A stretch of 64,000 nucleotides of DNA from a virus. The notes beneath the pieces were generated by a model. The model was not told where the DNA came from. It worked only from the letters and a program-made list of their open reading frames with translations, and ran no database searches. Shown in pieces: positions 52,377 to 62,110 of the stretch. Location: the IMG/VR virus record IMGVR_UViG_3300025000_000086, positions 6,791 through 70,790 of that record, one strand, 5' to 3'. Numbering within the stretch: position 1 is the stretch's first letter; each line of letters starts with the position of its first letter. Made by a program: the position numbers and the translations under genes.

Positions 52377-52580
52377 TTAAAATCTACCAGTCAATTCAAA
52401 CTTTTCAATCTGCTGACCAGTATACTTACCATCGCAAAAATTCTCAAATTCCTTATAATTTAAATCAGTAAAAAATTTTATTTCAACACTCAAAGCATAC
52501 GCAATATGACAATATTTGTAATTGCACAGCATTAAATTTTCTGAACCTTCTGCACATATAATTGGTTTTCTTTTCAACAT
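52377..52580 (-). CDS. hypothetical protein
   Basis: AGGAG RBS. Confidence 0.55.
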   Translation of the reverse strand: MLKRKPIICAEGSENLMLCNYKYCHIAYALSVEIKFFTDLNYKEFENFCDGKYTGQQIEKFELTGRF

Positions 52581-52600
52581 TTATCCAATCACTCCTACCC

Positions 52601-52924
52601 CTAATAATTATACTCAACAAATATTTCCGCACCACAACACATACTCAAAATTACCTGTTCAGCACCCATACTAGGAGCAATAGGATTCCTATGTATGTCT
52701 AAAATATCATCTATCCTAATCATCAAATTCTCATATTCACGTTCCTCATTATACTCCAAAAACCCAAACTGATACTTACCATTCACAAAACTAAGGAACT
52801 CAAAACCATCATACAGCACGTTCACAATAACCGTTTCTGTTTTAACTTCCAACCATACAGGCTTTCCTAACAATCCTTCCATAATTTCTTCAAATTGTAA
52901 ATTAGTTAATTGATTGTATTCCAT
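52601..52924 (-). CDS. hypothetical protein
   Basis: AAGGAG RBS before MEYNQL. Confidence 0.6.
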   Translation of the reverse strand: MEYNQLTNLQFEEIMEGLLGKPVWLEVKTETVIVNVLYDGFEFLSFVNGKYQFGFLEYNEEREYENLMIRIDDILDIHRNPIAPSMGAEQVILSMCCGAEIFVEYNY

Positions 52925-53102
52925 AAAATAAAACAACTCCTTTTCTAATATTGTAAGGGAAAACTTATCCTTTACTTGATATTAGTATAAAGGAATTTGC
53001 TTGGGTATACAAATCTGTTAACCCATCATATTCGGTTAAATAACTATATTATGGTTGAATATCATCAAATAACTATTATTTACATAGAATATCTCTATAT
53101 TC

Positions 53103-53450
53103 CTAAATATCCTTACTATTCAAATAATCATTAATATATTTTTCCATCTCATAAATCTTTTGCTGTATGCGTACTAATTCCAATATTAATTGTTCAGTAT
53201 CCTCTAAATTAGAATCATTAATTTTATTTGTATATATTTTATGTTGAAGAATTTCTTTATCACAAAATAATTCTCTCAATTTATTAATTGAATCCAAATA
53301 TTCAGGTTGTTCTTTATCCAAAAATATAGTAATAATATCTCTAACAAAATCTGAAACATTTTTACCTTGTTTCTTAGCTGTAGATTCAATACGCTTTTTT
53401 AATCCAGGTGTTACTCTTATTATTAATTTATCATCTTTAACTGCCATCAC
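53103..53450 (-). CDS. ribbon-helix-helix DNA-binding protein
   Basis: LIIRVTPGLKKRIE..AKKQGKNVSDFVR. Confidence 0.75.
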   Translation of the reverse strand: MMAVKDDKLIIRVTPGLKKRIESTAKKQGKNVSDFVRDIITIFLDKEQPEYLDSINKLRELFCDKEILQHKIYTNKINDSNLEDTEQLILELVRIQQKIYEMEKYINDYLNSKDI

Positions 53451-53700
53451 AACTCACTCCTTATCCACTATATTATACACTATGCATATGTAATTTTCAA
53501 AAGTAGAAAGGAAGCAACATATCAAATCATAGTAACACATCAAACCCACTAAACCAATACTAAACCAACTAAAAATTCTAATATCATATTAACATACCTA
53601 TCACATAAAGTCAAGTATAATTATTTTTATATTCTATTAACAAAGACAATAATAATTATACTTGACTTATACACATACCAACATTCAAATTAACTAACTA

Positions 53701-54201
53701 TCAACTAACACAACCTTTAACATTCTCATTCTCTTCATTCTTGCTTTTCTCATTCTCATCTTTAACCATCTCACAAAAATCTCTCGCACTCAAAACTTTA
53801 AATCCTAATTTATCAACATCATGCATACCACTTTTAAAATCATCTGAAATTAAATAGTCTGCTTTACCTTTCATCGCACATTTCAAAAACATAGAATCAA
53901 ATTTATCATTGATTTCAGGTGTAACAGTATTAATAGTATTGACAGAAGTAGAATAATAAAATGATTCCATTATATATTGAAGTAACAATATTCTATTTTT
54001 AATATCAATAATATTATACCTTGCAAAATTTTTTGCTACATAAACTAATTCACCTATAGTATCTTGTGAAAATAATAAATATATTTGTTTATTATCAACC
54101 ATATTCATTATCTTAATATATTCATTATCTTCTTCAGAAGAAAATAATCCATTAATAAAAATATTGGTATCAAGAACAATTTTAGGTGGTTTATATCTCA
54201 T
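53701..54201 (-). CDS. PIN-domain putative toxin
   Basis: IVLDTNIFI, E, D.FD..FL.CA..GKADYLISDD. Confidence 0.85.
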   Translation of the reverse strand: MRYKPPKIVLDTNIFINGLFSSEEDNEYIKIMNMVDNKQIYLLFSQDTIGELVYVAKNFARYNIIDIKNRILLLQYIMESFYYSTSVNTINTVTPEINDKFDSMFLKCAMKGKADYLISDDFKSGMHDVDKLGFKVLSARDFCEMVKDENEKSKNEENENVKGCVS

Positions 54202-54460
54202 ATCTTTTAATCCCCAATGTTTTTCTAATTTCTTTATTTGTTAACCCTTTTTCCTTTATTGCCATTTGAGCAATTTTTCTAATATTACTCATACAATTAA
54301 AATTTGTATTTTCCTCTAATTCAACTGTAGAATCTTTTATTTGAATTCCCATCGTCATTCTTCCAACCCTCCTTTTTAAAGGTTTAGTTCCTCGTCTTGT
54401 TATACCAACATTCCTTTTATGAGATTTTCTTGTTGCTCTTGATTTAATCCGTATTACCAT
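54191..54460 (-). CDS. putative antitoxin partner of the PIN toxin
   Basis: Small basic ORF overlapping the PIN start; own promoter. Confidence 0.5.
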   Translation of the reverse strand: MVIRIKSRATRKSHKRNVGITRRGTKPLKRRVGRMTMGIQIKDSTVELEENTNFNCMSNIRKIAQMAIKEKGLTNKEIRKTLGIKRYEI

Positions 54461-54539
54461 AAAATCACACTCCCATCTAAAGTATTATACCATATGTGTA
54501 ATCACAAATAAAATATCTTATTGTGCTTACATTAATAGC

Positions 54540-54568
54540 ATTATACAATAAGGGAGTAAGTGTGTCAA
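54540..54568 (-). promoter_or_regulatory. sigmaA promoter for the TA-like pair
   Basis: TTGACA-17 bp-TATAAT on the - strand. Confidence 0.75.
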
Positions 54569-54610
54569 GCAAAATATCAATATATTTATATTTATATTCT
54601 AAAAATCCCA

Positions 54611-55408
54611 CTAATAATACTTAAATTGATATTTAAAATAAAACTTTACATTACCTAATATCCTCAACGTATTTAAACCAGGAGGAATAGATAAAAATTC
54701 AAAATTAAAATTATCATACCTACTTGTATTTAATAAAGATGTTGTAATAAGTTCATTTTCATTACTTACTGATATTTCTTCTTGATCTATCAAATCAGTA
54801 AATTTAAATTGTATATTATTATTTGATAAATTTTGAATTACAAAATCTCCATTACCAACTTTAGTAATATATATCTCTGGTTTACAATCCACATCACCTT
54901 TATTATTAAATATAATATCTGTCCATAATATATTTTCAGACATATCATATATATTTGATTGATAAACAGGTGAATAGCAATATGGTGAATTACAAATAAA
55001 CGATAATGTAACATATCCTTGGTTAATACAATTGTGAGATATAATAGGATCGCCATCTAACATTATATAATATATTTTTGTAATAGAAGTATTATCAGAT
55101 GATTCATCAATAAATGTTAAAGGAATAAAATATTGACTGTCAATTGTTCTTGCCAATAAACGTAAATCATCAGATGTAAATGTATTTTCAAATGCAAATG
55201 TTGCATTAAATTTTAATACAGATGGTTTTTTATAAGTTAAATATGGATTTTCCCTACCTTTTATATATGTTAATTCAATTTCTCTTGAATATATAAATGG
55301 TTCTTCTTGCATTCCAGTATTAATATTACAATGAATTAATTTTAATTCTTGATTAGATATACCATTTATAGTAAAATTAGTTGATGATTTTATTAAAATA
55401 TGTTTCAC
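54611..55408 (-). CDS. distal tail protein (Dit)
   Basis: Directly after the TMP; F.CNSPYCYS, N.GD...PEI, PGLN.L.I.G. Confidence 0.8.
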   Translation of the reverse strand: MKHILIKSSTNFTINGISNQELKLIHCNINTGMQEEPFIYSREIELTYIKGRENPYLTYKKPSVLKFNATFAFENTFTSDDLRLLARTIDSQYFIPLTFIDESSDNTSITKIYYIMLDGDPIISHNCINQGYVTLSFICNSPYCYSPVYQSNIYDMSENILWTDIIFNNKGDVDCKPEIYITKVGNGDFVIQNLSNNNIQFKFTDLIDQEEISVSNENELITTSLLNTSRYDNFNFEFLSIPPGLNTLRILGNVKFYFKYQFKYY

Positions 55409-55489
55409 CTACTTTCTACTTTCAATAAAATAATAGAGTAGTAATATGTTTTTAAATTATTACTACTCTATAAAATAAATATAATAATA

Positions 55490-58400
55490 TTAAATTTGTT
55501 TACCAAATTTTCTAACTCCATTTATTAAATACTTTGTTACATTATCAATATCACTCTTACTATTTGCATTCATATTTGCAACTTCAACTGTAAGATTATA
55601 AATGTTTCCACCACTTGTCGCTACAGAAGGAGTTATATTTGGTATAAAGCTATTAACAAAATTCTGCATATTAGGAATGAAATTTTTCATTACATTATTT
55701 TGTGGTATTGCAAGTTCACCTTTAAGCATTTTAACTACAGTTTCATTAGATTGAGTATTAAATAATTTATTTACAATATCCATTATTTTATTAGTAGGTT
55801 TATTAGCAATAATACCACCTTCATGATATATATCAATTATTCCATTATTCCATTCTACATCATGTCCTAATGCTTCTGCTACTTCTCTTATACCTACTAA
55901 AGAATCATTTCCTTCTATTTTTTTATAAGCAAAACTTTTACCACCTATAATAACTGGTGTTCCTTCTCCATCCCAACTTACACTTTCCCCTAATGCATTT
56001 GCTAATGTAACTGATTTCATAATTGCTGTACCATCAGTATTTTCATAACTTCCTGGTGAAAATGTGGCTATTGGAGATGGTGTATTGCCAGAATTACTAG
56101 AGTTATTGCTAGAATTGTTATTAGAATTGTTATTGCTACTACTTGTACTACTACCACTACTGCCTAAATTTCCAGTCAATTGATTAATACTATTATTTAT
56201 CTCACTTGCAAGAGTATTCCCAACACCTTGACCTAAATTGCTAATATTATTTTTTACAAATGTTAATAATCTAGTTAATTCTGATATAGTATTGTCGATA
56301 TTACCCTTCATTAATTCTTGACTTATATTAGAAAAATTAATTTCATTATCAATCATATCTTGATAATATTTTTCTGTTTCATCTTTAATTTTTTCTAATC
56401 TTTCTTTCTCTGCATCATATTTATCATCTTCGGCATCTTGCTTTTCTTTAATATCTTTTTCATAAGCATCTAACTGATCATTTAAAGAATCTTTTAATAA
56501 TTCTTTTTCTCTATCTTTTTGAGTTTTAGATATTTCTAAATCTATTTCTGAAAGTTCTTTTAATAATTCTTCTTTTTTTGCTTTTGCTTCATAAGAATCA
56601 TCATTTCCCAAATAATCAATTTGCTTCTGAATATCTAATTTTTCTTCATTTAATTTTTTAATATTATCTTCATAATCTTCTGTGGAAGATAATTCATCTA
56701 GCAATTTTAATTTCTGATTGATAGAATCTTCATATTGATCCAATTCATCATCAAGATTTTCTTTTACTTTATCATGTCTTTTATCTTCTGCTTCCATTTG
56801 TTCATCAATTGCTTCTAATGCTATATCTTTTTCTTTCTCGTAGGCATCTTTGATTAGTGAAATTGTATCATCTATGATTTGTTTTTTATTGTCATACAAT
56901 GCTTTTTGATTATCTAATATCTCTATTGTTGTATCGCTTATTGCTTTCTGTAATTCTTGATATCTTAATGTTCCTACAATAGTATCTGCTAATTCTTTTT
57001 GATATATTGCTTGTTTTTCTAATAAAGCAGATTTTATATTAGAATATTGAATAATTTCATTTTTTAAAGCATTATTATATTCTTCCGTTCCTTTTTCATT
57101 CATCTCTTGTTGAGATTGAGCAATTTTTATTGCTTCATTATACTTATCTATTTTATTTGTTACTTCTTCAATCTCACTAGATGTTATTTCTGCTTGTTTA
57201 TCAGATATTTCTTTCTGTTTATTCCACCATTCAGCAGATAATGCTTTTCTTTTTTCAATTGTTTCTTCTAAAAATTGCTTATCTTTAAATGTACCATCAA
57301 TAATACCCTTTTTCATATTCTCAATGGCTTGATCCATTTGTTTTGCTTGTTCTGCTAATTGTTTTTGAATACCTGTAGTATTATTTTTCTGTACTAATAA
57401 TTCATTTCTATATTCTGGAGAAGATTTAGACATGCTTTCTGCAAATACTTTAGAAAAATTGCTTCTTTGTTCAAATTCGCTGATTATATTATCTGATTCT
57501 TGCCATAAATCTGTGTACCATTCTTTAGAATTTTGAGCAAATTTCTTCTCTAATTCTAGTATTTTAGCATTTATTTCTTCTTGATGTTTAATTCTGTCTT
57601 CTGTTAATTTTTCGTAGGATAATTCACTACTTATAGTGCTTGTCATTTGGCCATTTGAAAATTCTTTATATAAATTCCAAACAGAGTTTTGCCAATTGTC
57701 ATCTGTAGCATATATACCAGTAGGTAAATTACCTTTATTACCTTGATTTAATTTATCAAAACTAACATTACCTGGAGTCATACCCCAAGCTAACATTTTT
57801 TTAACTGTTCCTTCTACTTGCTGTTCAAGTCCTGCTTTAGTATAATCTGATCCTGAATCATATGATCCGTAACCAGTATACATTCCATTTTTGCCATCTC
57901 CTGATTTTCCCCAATTAGTTTCTTGCTCTCCGATAGCAAGTATTAATGCAGGATCAACATTATATTTTTGAGCAAGAGATAAAACAGTATTAACGATTTC
58001 AGGAGATATTTTATATCTGTCTATAGCAGAACGTGAAGTATTAGTTGTTACAGTTTTTTGTAAAGCAGTATTAACATCATTAGTTAATAAATTATAAGGA
58101 TTAATTGCTTTTTTATTAGCATCCGTAATCCCGTAATGTAAATGTGGTGTACCTTTAGCATTGCCGCTATCTCCAACATATCCTATTACTTGACCTGCTA
58201 ATATTTCTTGCCCTATCCCTAATATTTTGCTAGGGTCAGTATTCATATGAGCATAATAATGTCTATTACCTTGAGGATCAGATATTGTTACACCCCAACC
58301 ACCTTTAGCACCAGTATTTCCAGCACTTAATACTTTACCAGATGTAGTTGAATGTATTTCTGTTCCAAAATCAGCCATTATATCTATTCCTTCATGTTTA

Positions 58401-60886
58401 CGAGAACCACCATCTCTAGGTGCTCCAAAGGAATCTTTTAATTGTGTTCCAGGTATTGGGTTAGGCAATTTACCATTAGAAGTAGTAAATGATGTTATTG
58501 ATACAGTATTTAATCCATCTCTTTGTTGTTTTAAATAGTCAATTTGTTCCTTAATTTTTAAATTTTCAGCATGAAGTGCATCTCTACGTTCCTGAGAACC
58601 TTTTACTGCGTTTGAAGTAATATCTTCTAGGGAGGTGAGAGCGTTATTATATTTTTTTATTTCATTTGTTACTTTTTCCCATGCTAGGGATTCTGCTGAT
58701 TTTGCATTGGTTGTGGAATTAGAATCTTTAATACCAAGATTAGGAGAATTTAAAACTGCATTGCTTTTTTCTACTGCTTGTTTTAATTCTACATATCCAT
58801 TAATTTTATCTCGCATTGCAGACATTTCTTTTGAATCTTTTATATCTCTAGAATATCCTCTTTCTTTCTTCCATTCTTCAAATAATTTTTGGGCATCTTC
58901 CATATTTTTTAAACTGTCTAATCTACTAGCAACATAAACATCTGTAACATCTTTTTTTACTTGATCTAACTTACTATAATAATCATCTGTTGATAATTTA
59001 CCAGAAATATAATCTTTATTTAATGAATTACTAATTTTTAGATATGCTTCTTGAATTTCCAATAATGTTGTTAATTTAGTTATTTCTAAATTATATTGTG
59101 CTAATCTTGCTGTTGTTTGAGTTGAAACTATTTTTGCTTTTTCAATCTCTGCTTTATTAGTTACTGTTGCTGTTTCAATTGTTTTATTTTTCAAATCATT
59201 TAATTTAGAAGTGTTTAATACTAGCATTCCATTTTCAACATCAACAACATCATAAAGATCCTTATGTTTATCAACGTGTTTCATTACTTCTTGGGCGGCA
59301 TCGTTATTAGATTCTTTTGCTTTTTCTAATAATTGATTATAGAGTTCTATTTTTTCTGATGTGTCAGTTGTTGTTTTTTGGATTGATTCAATAGCACCAT
59401 TAAAATCAAATACCTTTTCTTTTGCTTCACTTATTGATAAACCAAATTTATCTGTTATTGCTTTTGCTACATTTTCTGCAACAGGATTACCTAGATAACT
59501 TAATTTCTCAGTTAATTTACTAACAGCGTTGTTATTAAAATCATCTATATCTTTTTGAGTTTTATTAGTATTTTTACTTAAGTCATTAAATTCCTTATTG
59601 ATATTATTAAATGTACTAGCAAAACCATTATCTATTAAATTAGCAGAAAATATTTCTATACCACCAGATTTTTTTATTTGCTCTAATACATCTTTTGATT
59701 TTAATAAACTACTAATAAAATTATCTAATTCTTGAGGTTTAAAATCTTTAAATCCATCTTCATTCTGCAATGTTGCTGTGAATCCAGATTTTAATTCATC
59801 AAATGTTTTTATTGATTCTGATTTTAATTCTAATAATTCTTTTTTTGTTCTATTTATATCTTCTAATACTGTTTTATAACCAGATTTATTAGTTTCTGCC
59901 ATTCCAGAATCTAAAAATTCTTTTTTTATTCTTTCATAATCTGCTAATTGATCCATTTTTGATTTTATATTTTTTTCATTAGTTAGTAGGTTATTAACAT
60001 CCTTATCACCAGTTTTATAGAATTGTTCTGACATTTCTTGACGTTTTAAATTTAATTCTTGCTCTTTTAAGTCTAAGTATTCTTGTAGTTTGCCTGAATT
60101 TAAGGATATTGCTTTTCCTTCTGCATCAAATTGATCAATTGAATTAGGGTATAATGCAGATAATTTTTCCGTAACATCTGCTAATTTTTGTTTTTGTTCT
60201 GATGTAAGGGATGTTGCTTGTGATAAATCATTATATGTTTTAATTAATTTCTCTGAATCTGAAATTTCTGAAGATAATTTTTGTACTGATTGAGTTAATG
60301 AGTTAAATTCATCTTTTTGTTTTTGCGAATGTTGAGATATACCTTGACTAATTAATTCAAAAGCAATATATGCTGTAGTTAATCCAGTAATAATTAAACC
60401 AATAGGATTAGACATAAATGCTAATTTTAAACCATTTAATGCAGAAGTAAAAGTTCTAGTTGCAACCGTAACCATTGCTTGCCTTGTAGTCAAACCATCT
60501 AATGAAGCAGAAAATGTCCTAATATTAGCAAAAAGAGAAGGGAATATACCAACAAACGCATTTTGAGCATTTCTTGTTAGTAATAAACTTCCTTTCCATA
60601 ATAATAATCCAGTAGTAGCAATTCCAAGAACAGTAGGAAGATTTCCTAAAGAATTTATTAAAAAGGTAAGAGTATTAATTACTCCTTTTAATGTACTAGA
60701 ATCTATAGATGATTGCCAAAATCCTTCCCAGCTTGCCTTTAATTTATCTAATCTTGCAGCAGTTGATTCTTGGTATATAGCGAACTTTTGTTCTGATGAA
60801 CCAGCAGAGTTCATAGCGTTCTCATAATTTTTTAAACTGGTTTGGTAATTGGATAATAATGTTATGCCACGATTGCGTTGGTATGT
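55490..60886 (-). CDS. tape measure protein, exon 2 (M23 peptidase and lysozyme/SLT-like domains)
   Basis: Long coiled coil; HEGID/YYAHM/PHLHYG; AQKYNVDPALILAI..QET; joins exon 1 in frame. Confidence 0.9.
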   Translation of the reverse strand, partial: TYQRNRGITLLSNYQTSLKNYENAMNSAGSSEQKFAIYQESTAARLDKLKASWEGFWQSSIDSSTLKGVINTLTFLINSLGNLPTVLGIATTGLLLWKGSLLLTRNAQNAFVGIFPSLFANIRTFSASLDGLTTRQAMVTVATRTFTSALNGLKLAFMSNPIGLIITGLTTAYIAFELISQGISQHSQKQKDEFNSLTQSVQKLSSEISDSEKLIKTYNDLSQATSLTSEQKQKLADVTEKLSALYPNSIDQFDAEGKAISLNSGKLQEYLDLKEQELNLKRQEMSEQFYKTGDKDVNNLLTNEKNIKSKMDQLADYERIKKEFLDSGMAETNKSGYKTVLEDINRTKKELLELKSESIKTFDELKSGFTATLQNEDGFKDFKPQELDNFISSLLKSKDVLEQIKKSGGIEIFSANLIDNGFASTFNNINKEFNDLSKNTNKTQKDIDDFNNNAVSKLTEKLSYLGNPVAENVAKAITDKFGLSISEAKEKVFDFNGAIESIQKTTTDTSEKIELYNQLLEKAKESNNDAAQEVMKHVDKHKDLYDVVDVENGMLVLNTSKLNDLKNKTIETATVTNKAEIEKAKIVSTQTTARLAQYNLEITKLTTLLEIQEAYLKISNSLNKDYISGKLSTDDYYSKLDQVKKDVTDVYVASRLDSLKNMEDAQKLFEEWKKERGYSRDIKDSKEMSAMRDKINGYVELKQAVEKSNAVLNSPNLGIKDSNSTTNAKSAESLAWEKVTNEIKKYNNALTSLEDITSNAVKGSQERRDALHAENLKIKEQIDYLKQQRDGLNTVSITSFTTSNGKLPNPIPGTQLKDSFGAPRDGGSRKHEGIDIMADFGTEIHSTTSGKVLSAGNTGAKGGWGVTISDPQGNRHYYAHMNTDPSKILGIGQEILAGQVIGYVGDSGNAKGTPHLHYGITDANKKAINPYNLLTNDVNTALQKTVTTNTSRSAIDRYKISPEIVNTVLSLAQKYNVDPALILAIGEQETNWGKSGDGKNGMYTGYGSYDSGSDYTKAGLEQQVEGTVKKMLAWGMTPGNVSFDKLNQGNKGNLPTGIYATDDNWQNSVWNLYKEFSNGQMTSTISSELSYEKLTEDRIKHQEEINAKILELEKKFAQNSKEWYTDLWQESDNIISEFEQRSNFSKVFAESMSKSSPEYRNELLVQKNNTTGIQKQLAEQAKQMDQAIENMKKGIIDGTFKDKQFLEETIEKRKALSAEWWNKQKEISDKQAEITSSEIEEVTNKIDKYNEAIKIAQSQQEMNEKGTEEYNNALKNEIIQYSNIKSALLEKQAIYQKELADTIVGTLRYQELQKAISDTTIEILDNQKALYDNKKQIIDDTISLIKDAYEKEKDIALEAIDEQMEAEDKRHDKVKENLDDELDQYEDSINQKLKLLDELSSTEDYEDNIKKLNEEKLDIQKQIDYLGNDDSYEAKAKKEELLKELSEIDLEISKTQKDREKELLKDSLNDQLDAYEKDIKEKQDAEDDKYDAEKERLEKIKDETEKYYQDMIDNEINFSNISQELMKGNIDNTISELTRLLTFVKNNISNLGQGVGNTLASEINNSINQLTGNLGSSGSSTSSSNNNSNNNSSNNSSNSGNTPSPIATFSPGSYENTDGTAIMKSVTLANALGESVSWDGEGTPVIIGGKSFAYKKIEGNDSLVGIREVAEALGHDVEWNNGIIDIYHEGGIIANKPTNKIMDIVNKLFNTQSNETVVKMLKGELAIPQNNVMKNFIPNMQNFVNSFIPNITPSVATSGGNIYNLTVEVANMNANSKSDIDNVTKYLINGVRKFGKQI

Positions 60887-62110
60887 CAATCTGTTACTTT
60901 CACCTTACGGTTACTGACCATATAAAATGGCGAGTAGGAATTTCTTCCTACTTCTGCATCTCGATATAAGGGGTCTATAATGCAGTTCAGACTATATCAT
61001 TCTCTTATTTTAAAATAAGAGAGTTGGCGTATATATAATGTTACCATTATATAATTTAGTCGTTACGGGGAATTAATGATTAGAAATTTACTATTTGATG
61101 ATAAGAATTAGATAAATTTATTTTTGCATTATTAATTATTTTAATAATTTCATCATCTGAAGGCAAAATATCATTAGGACAATCTATACAAATTTGCTTC
61201 CAACCCAAAGATTTTAAATAAAAATATCTTTTATTTTCTTGATTTTTGAATTGAGCAGGAGTTAATTTACCTATTTTTACTGATAAATCATGTCCTCCAC
61301 CATTATATTCTATGTATATCATTTCTTCTGGATAGGCAATATCTAAAGAACAATTTGACACTGGATAATTTAATTCTCCACCTAGTAAATTATGTAAATA
61401 TATTTGTTGCTTAGAACGTGGAGCAGTTCCATTTTCATATAATGTAATTAATCTTTTTTTATTAACAATATTTTTATATTTATCTAATTTCATTATATGT
61501 TCTACTCCATATTTTCTTTTTATAGTTTCTTTAGATTTATTCTTTACTTCTTGCAATTGAAAAACATTATCCACCCCAAATTTTTCATTAAGAGTTATTT
61601 TTGCTTTATTCACATTTTCTTTAGCATACATAGATTTATTTTCTGATAAATTATTTCTACCAATTTCTGTTTGTGTATACCATTCATATCCATATTTATT
61701 TAAATTAGTTTCTTTCATTTTTTCTAATTTACATTCATCACAAGCATCTTTTTGTCCTTCAATTGTACCATCAAATTTCCTATTGTACACTTGAATTTCT
61801 CTATTAAATATTCTTTCACAATAATCACATTTTAATTCTATTTGCTTTTTAGAATATTTTCCTAAATCTTTATAATGTATTTTTAATATATCTCCAATAT
61901 TACATTTCTTATAATTTCTTCTCATATATCTTAAATTTTCTTTTGTCACTTCAATATTTACATATTCATTATTTATCAATAAAATCACTTCCTATAATTA
62001 TAATTATATTCTAATCATTAATTCTTCCCTCGGTATTACCTTCCCCAAGGCTTCCACCGATATAAGCCAACTTCATTATATACATCACTGTATATATGGG
62101 CTATTAGTTA
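60887..62110 (-). mobile_element. group I self-splicing intron in the tape measure gene
   Basis: P1 GGU|UA-ACUAA-UAGCC with U-G wobble at the 5' splice site; P3 GUUGGC/GCCAAC; P7 GACUA/UAGUC; terminal G before exon 2; spliced frame TTLFG-TYQRNRG. Confidence 0.9.
61080..61988 (-). CDS. intron-encoded putative homing endonuclease (Vsr-like PD-(D/E)XK)
   Basis: In an intron loop closed by AAUUAAUGAUUA/UAAUCAUUAAUU; KYG/KFGV repeats; LDIAYP..IYIEYNGGGH...LKSLGW. Confidence 0.8.
   Translation of the reverse strand: MILLINNEYVNIEVTKENLRYMRRNYKKCNIGDILKIHYKDLGKYSKKQIELKCDYCERIFNREIQVYNRKFDGTIEGQKDACDECKLEKMKETNLNKYGYEWYTQTEIGRNNLSENKSMYAKENVNKAKITLNEKFGVDNVFQLQEVKNKSKETIKRKYGVEHIMKLDKYKNIVNKKRLITLYENGTAPRSKQQIYLHNLLGGELNYPVSNCSLDIAYPEEMIYIEYNGGGHDLSVKIGKLTPAQFKNQENKRYFYLKSLGWKQICIDCPNDILPSDDEIIKIINNAKINLSNSYHQIVNF

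Noticed and set aside
56085-56165. Ser/Asn-rich low-complexity repeat
   Set aside because: Coding linker within the tape measure protein
55490-60889. 1799-aa ORF as an independent gene with a TTG start
   Set aside because: The TTG is the last three intron nucleotides and has no RBS; this is exon 2 of the tape measure gene
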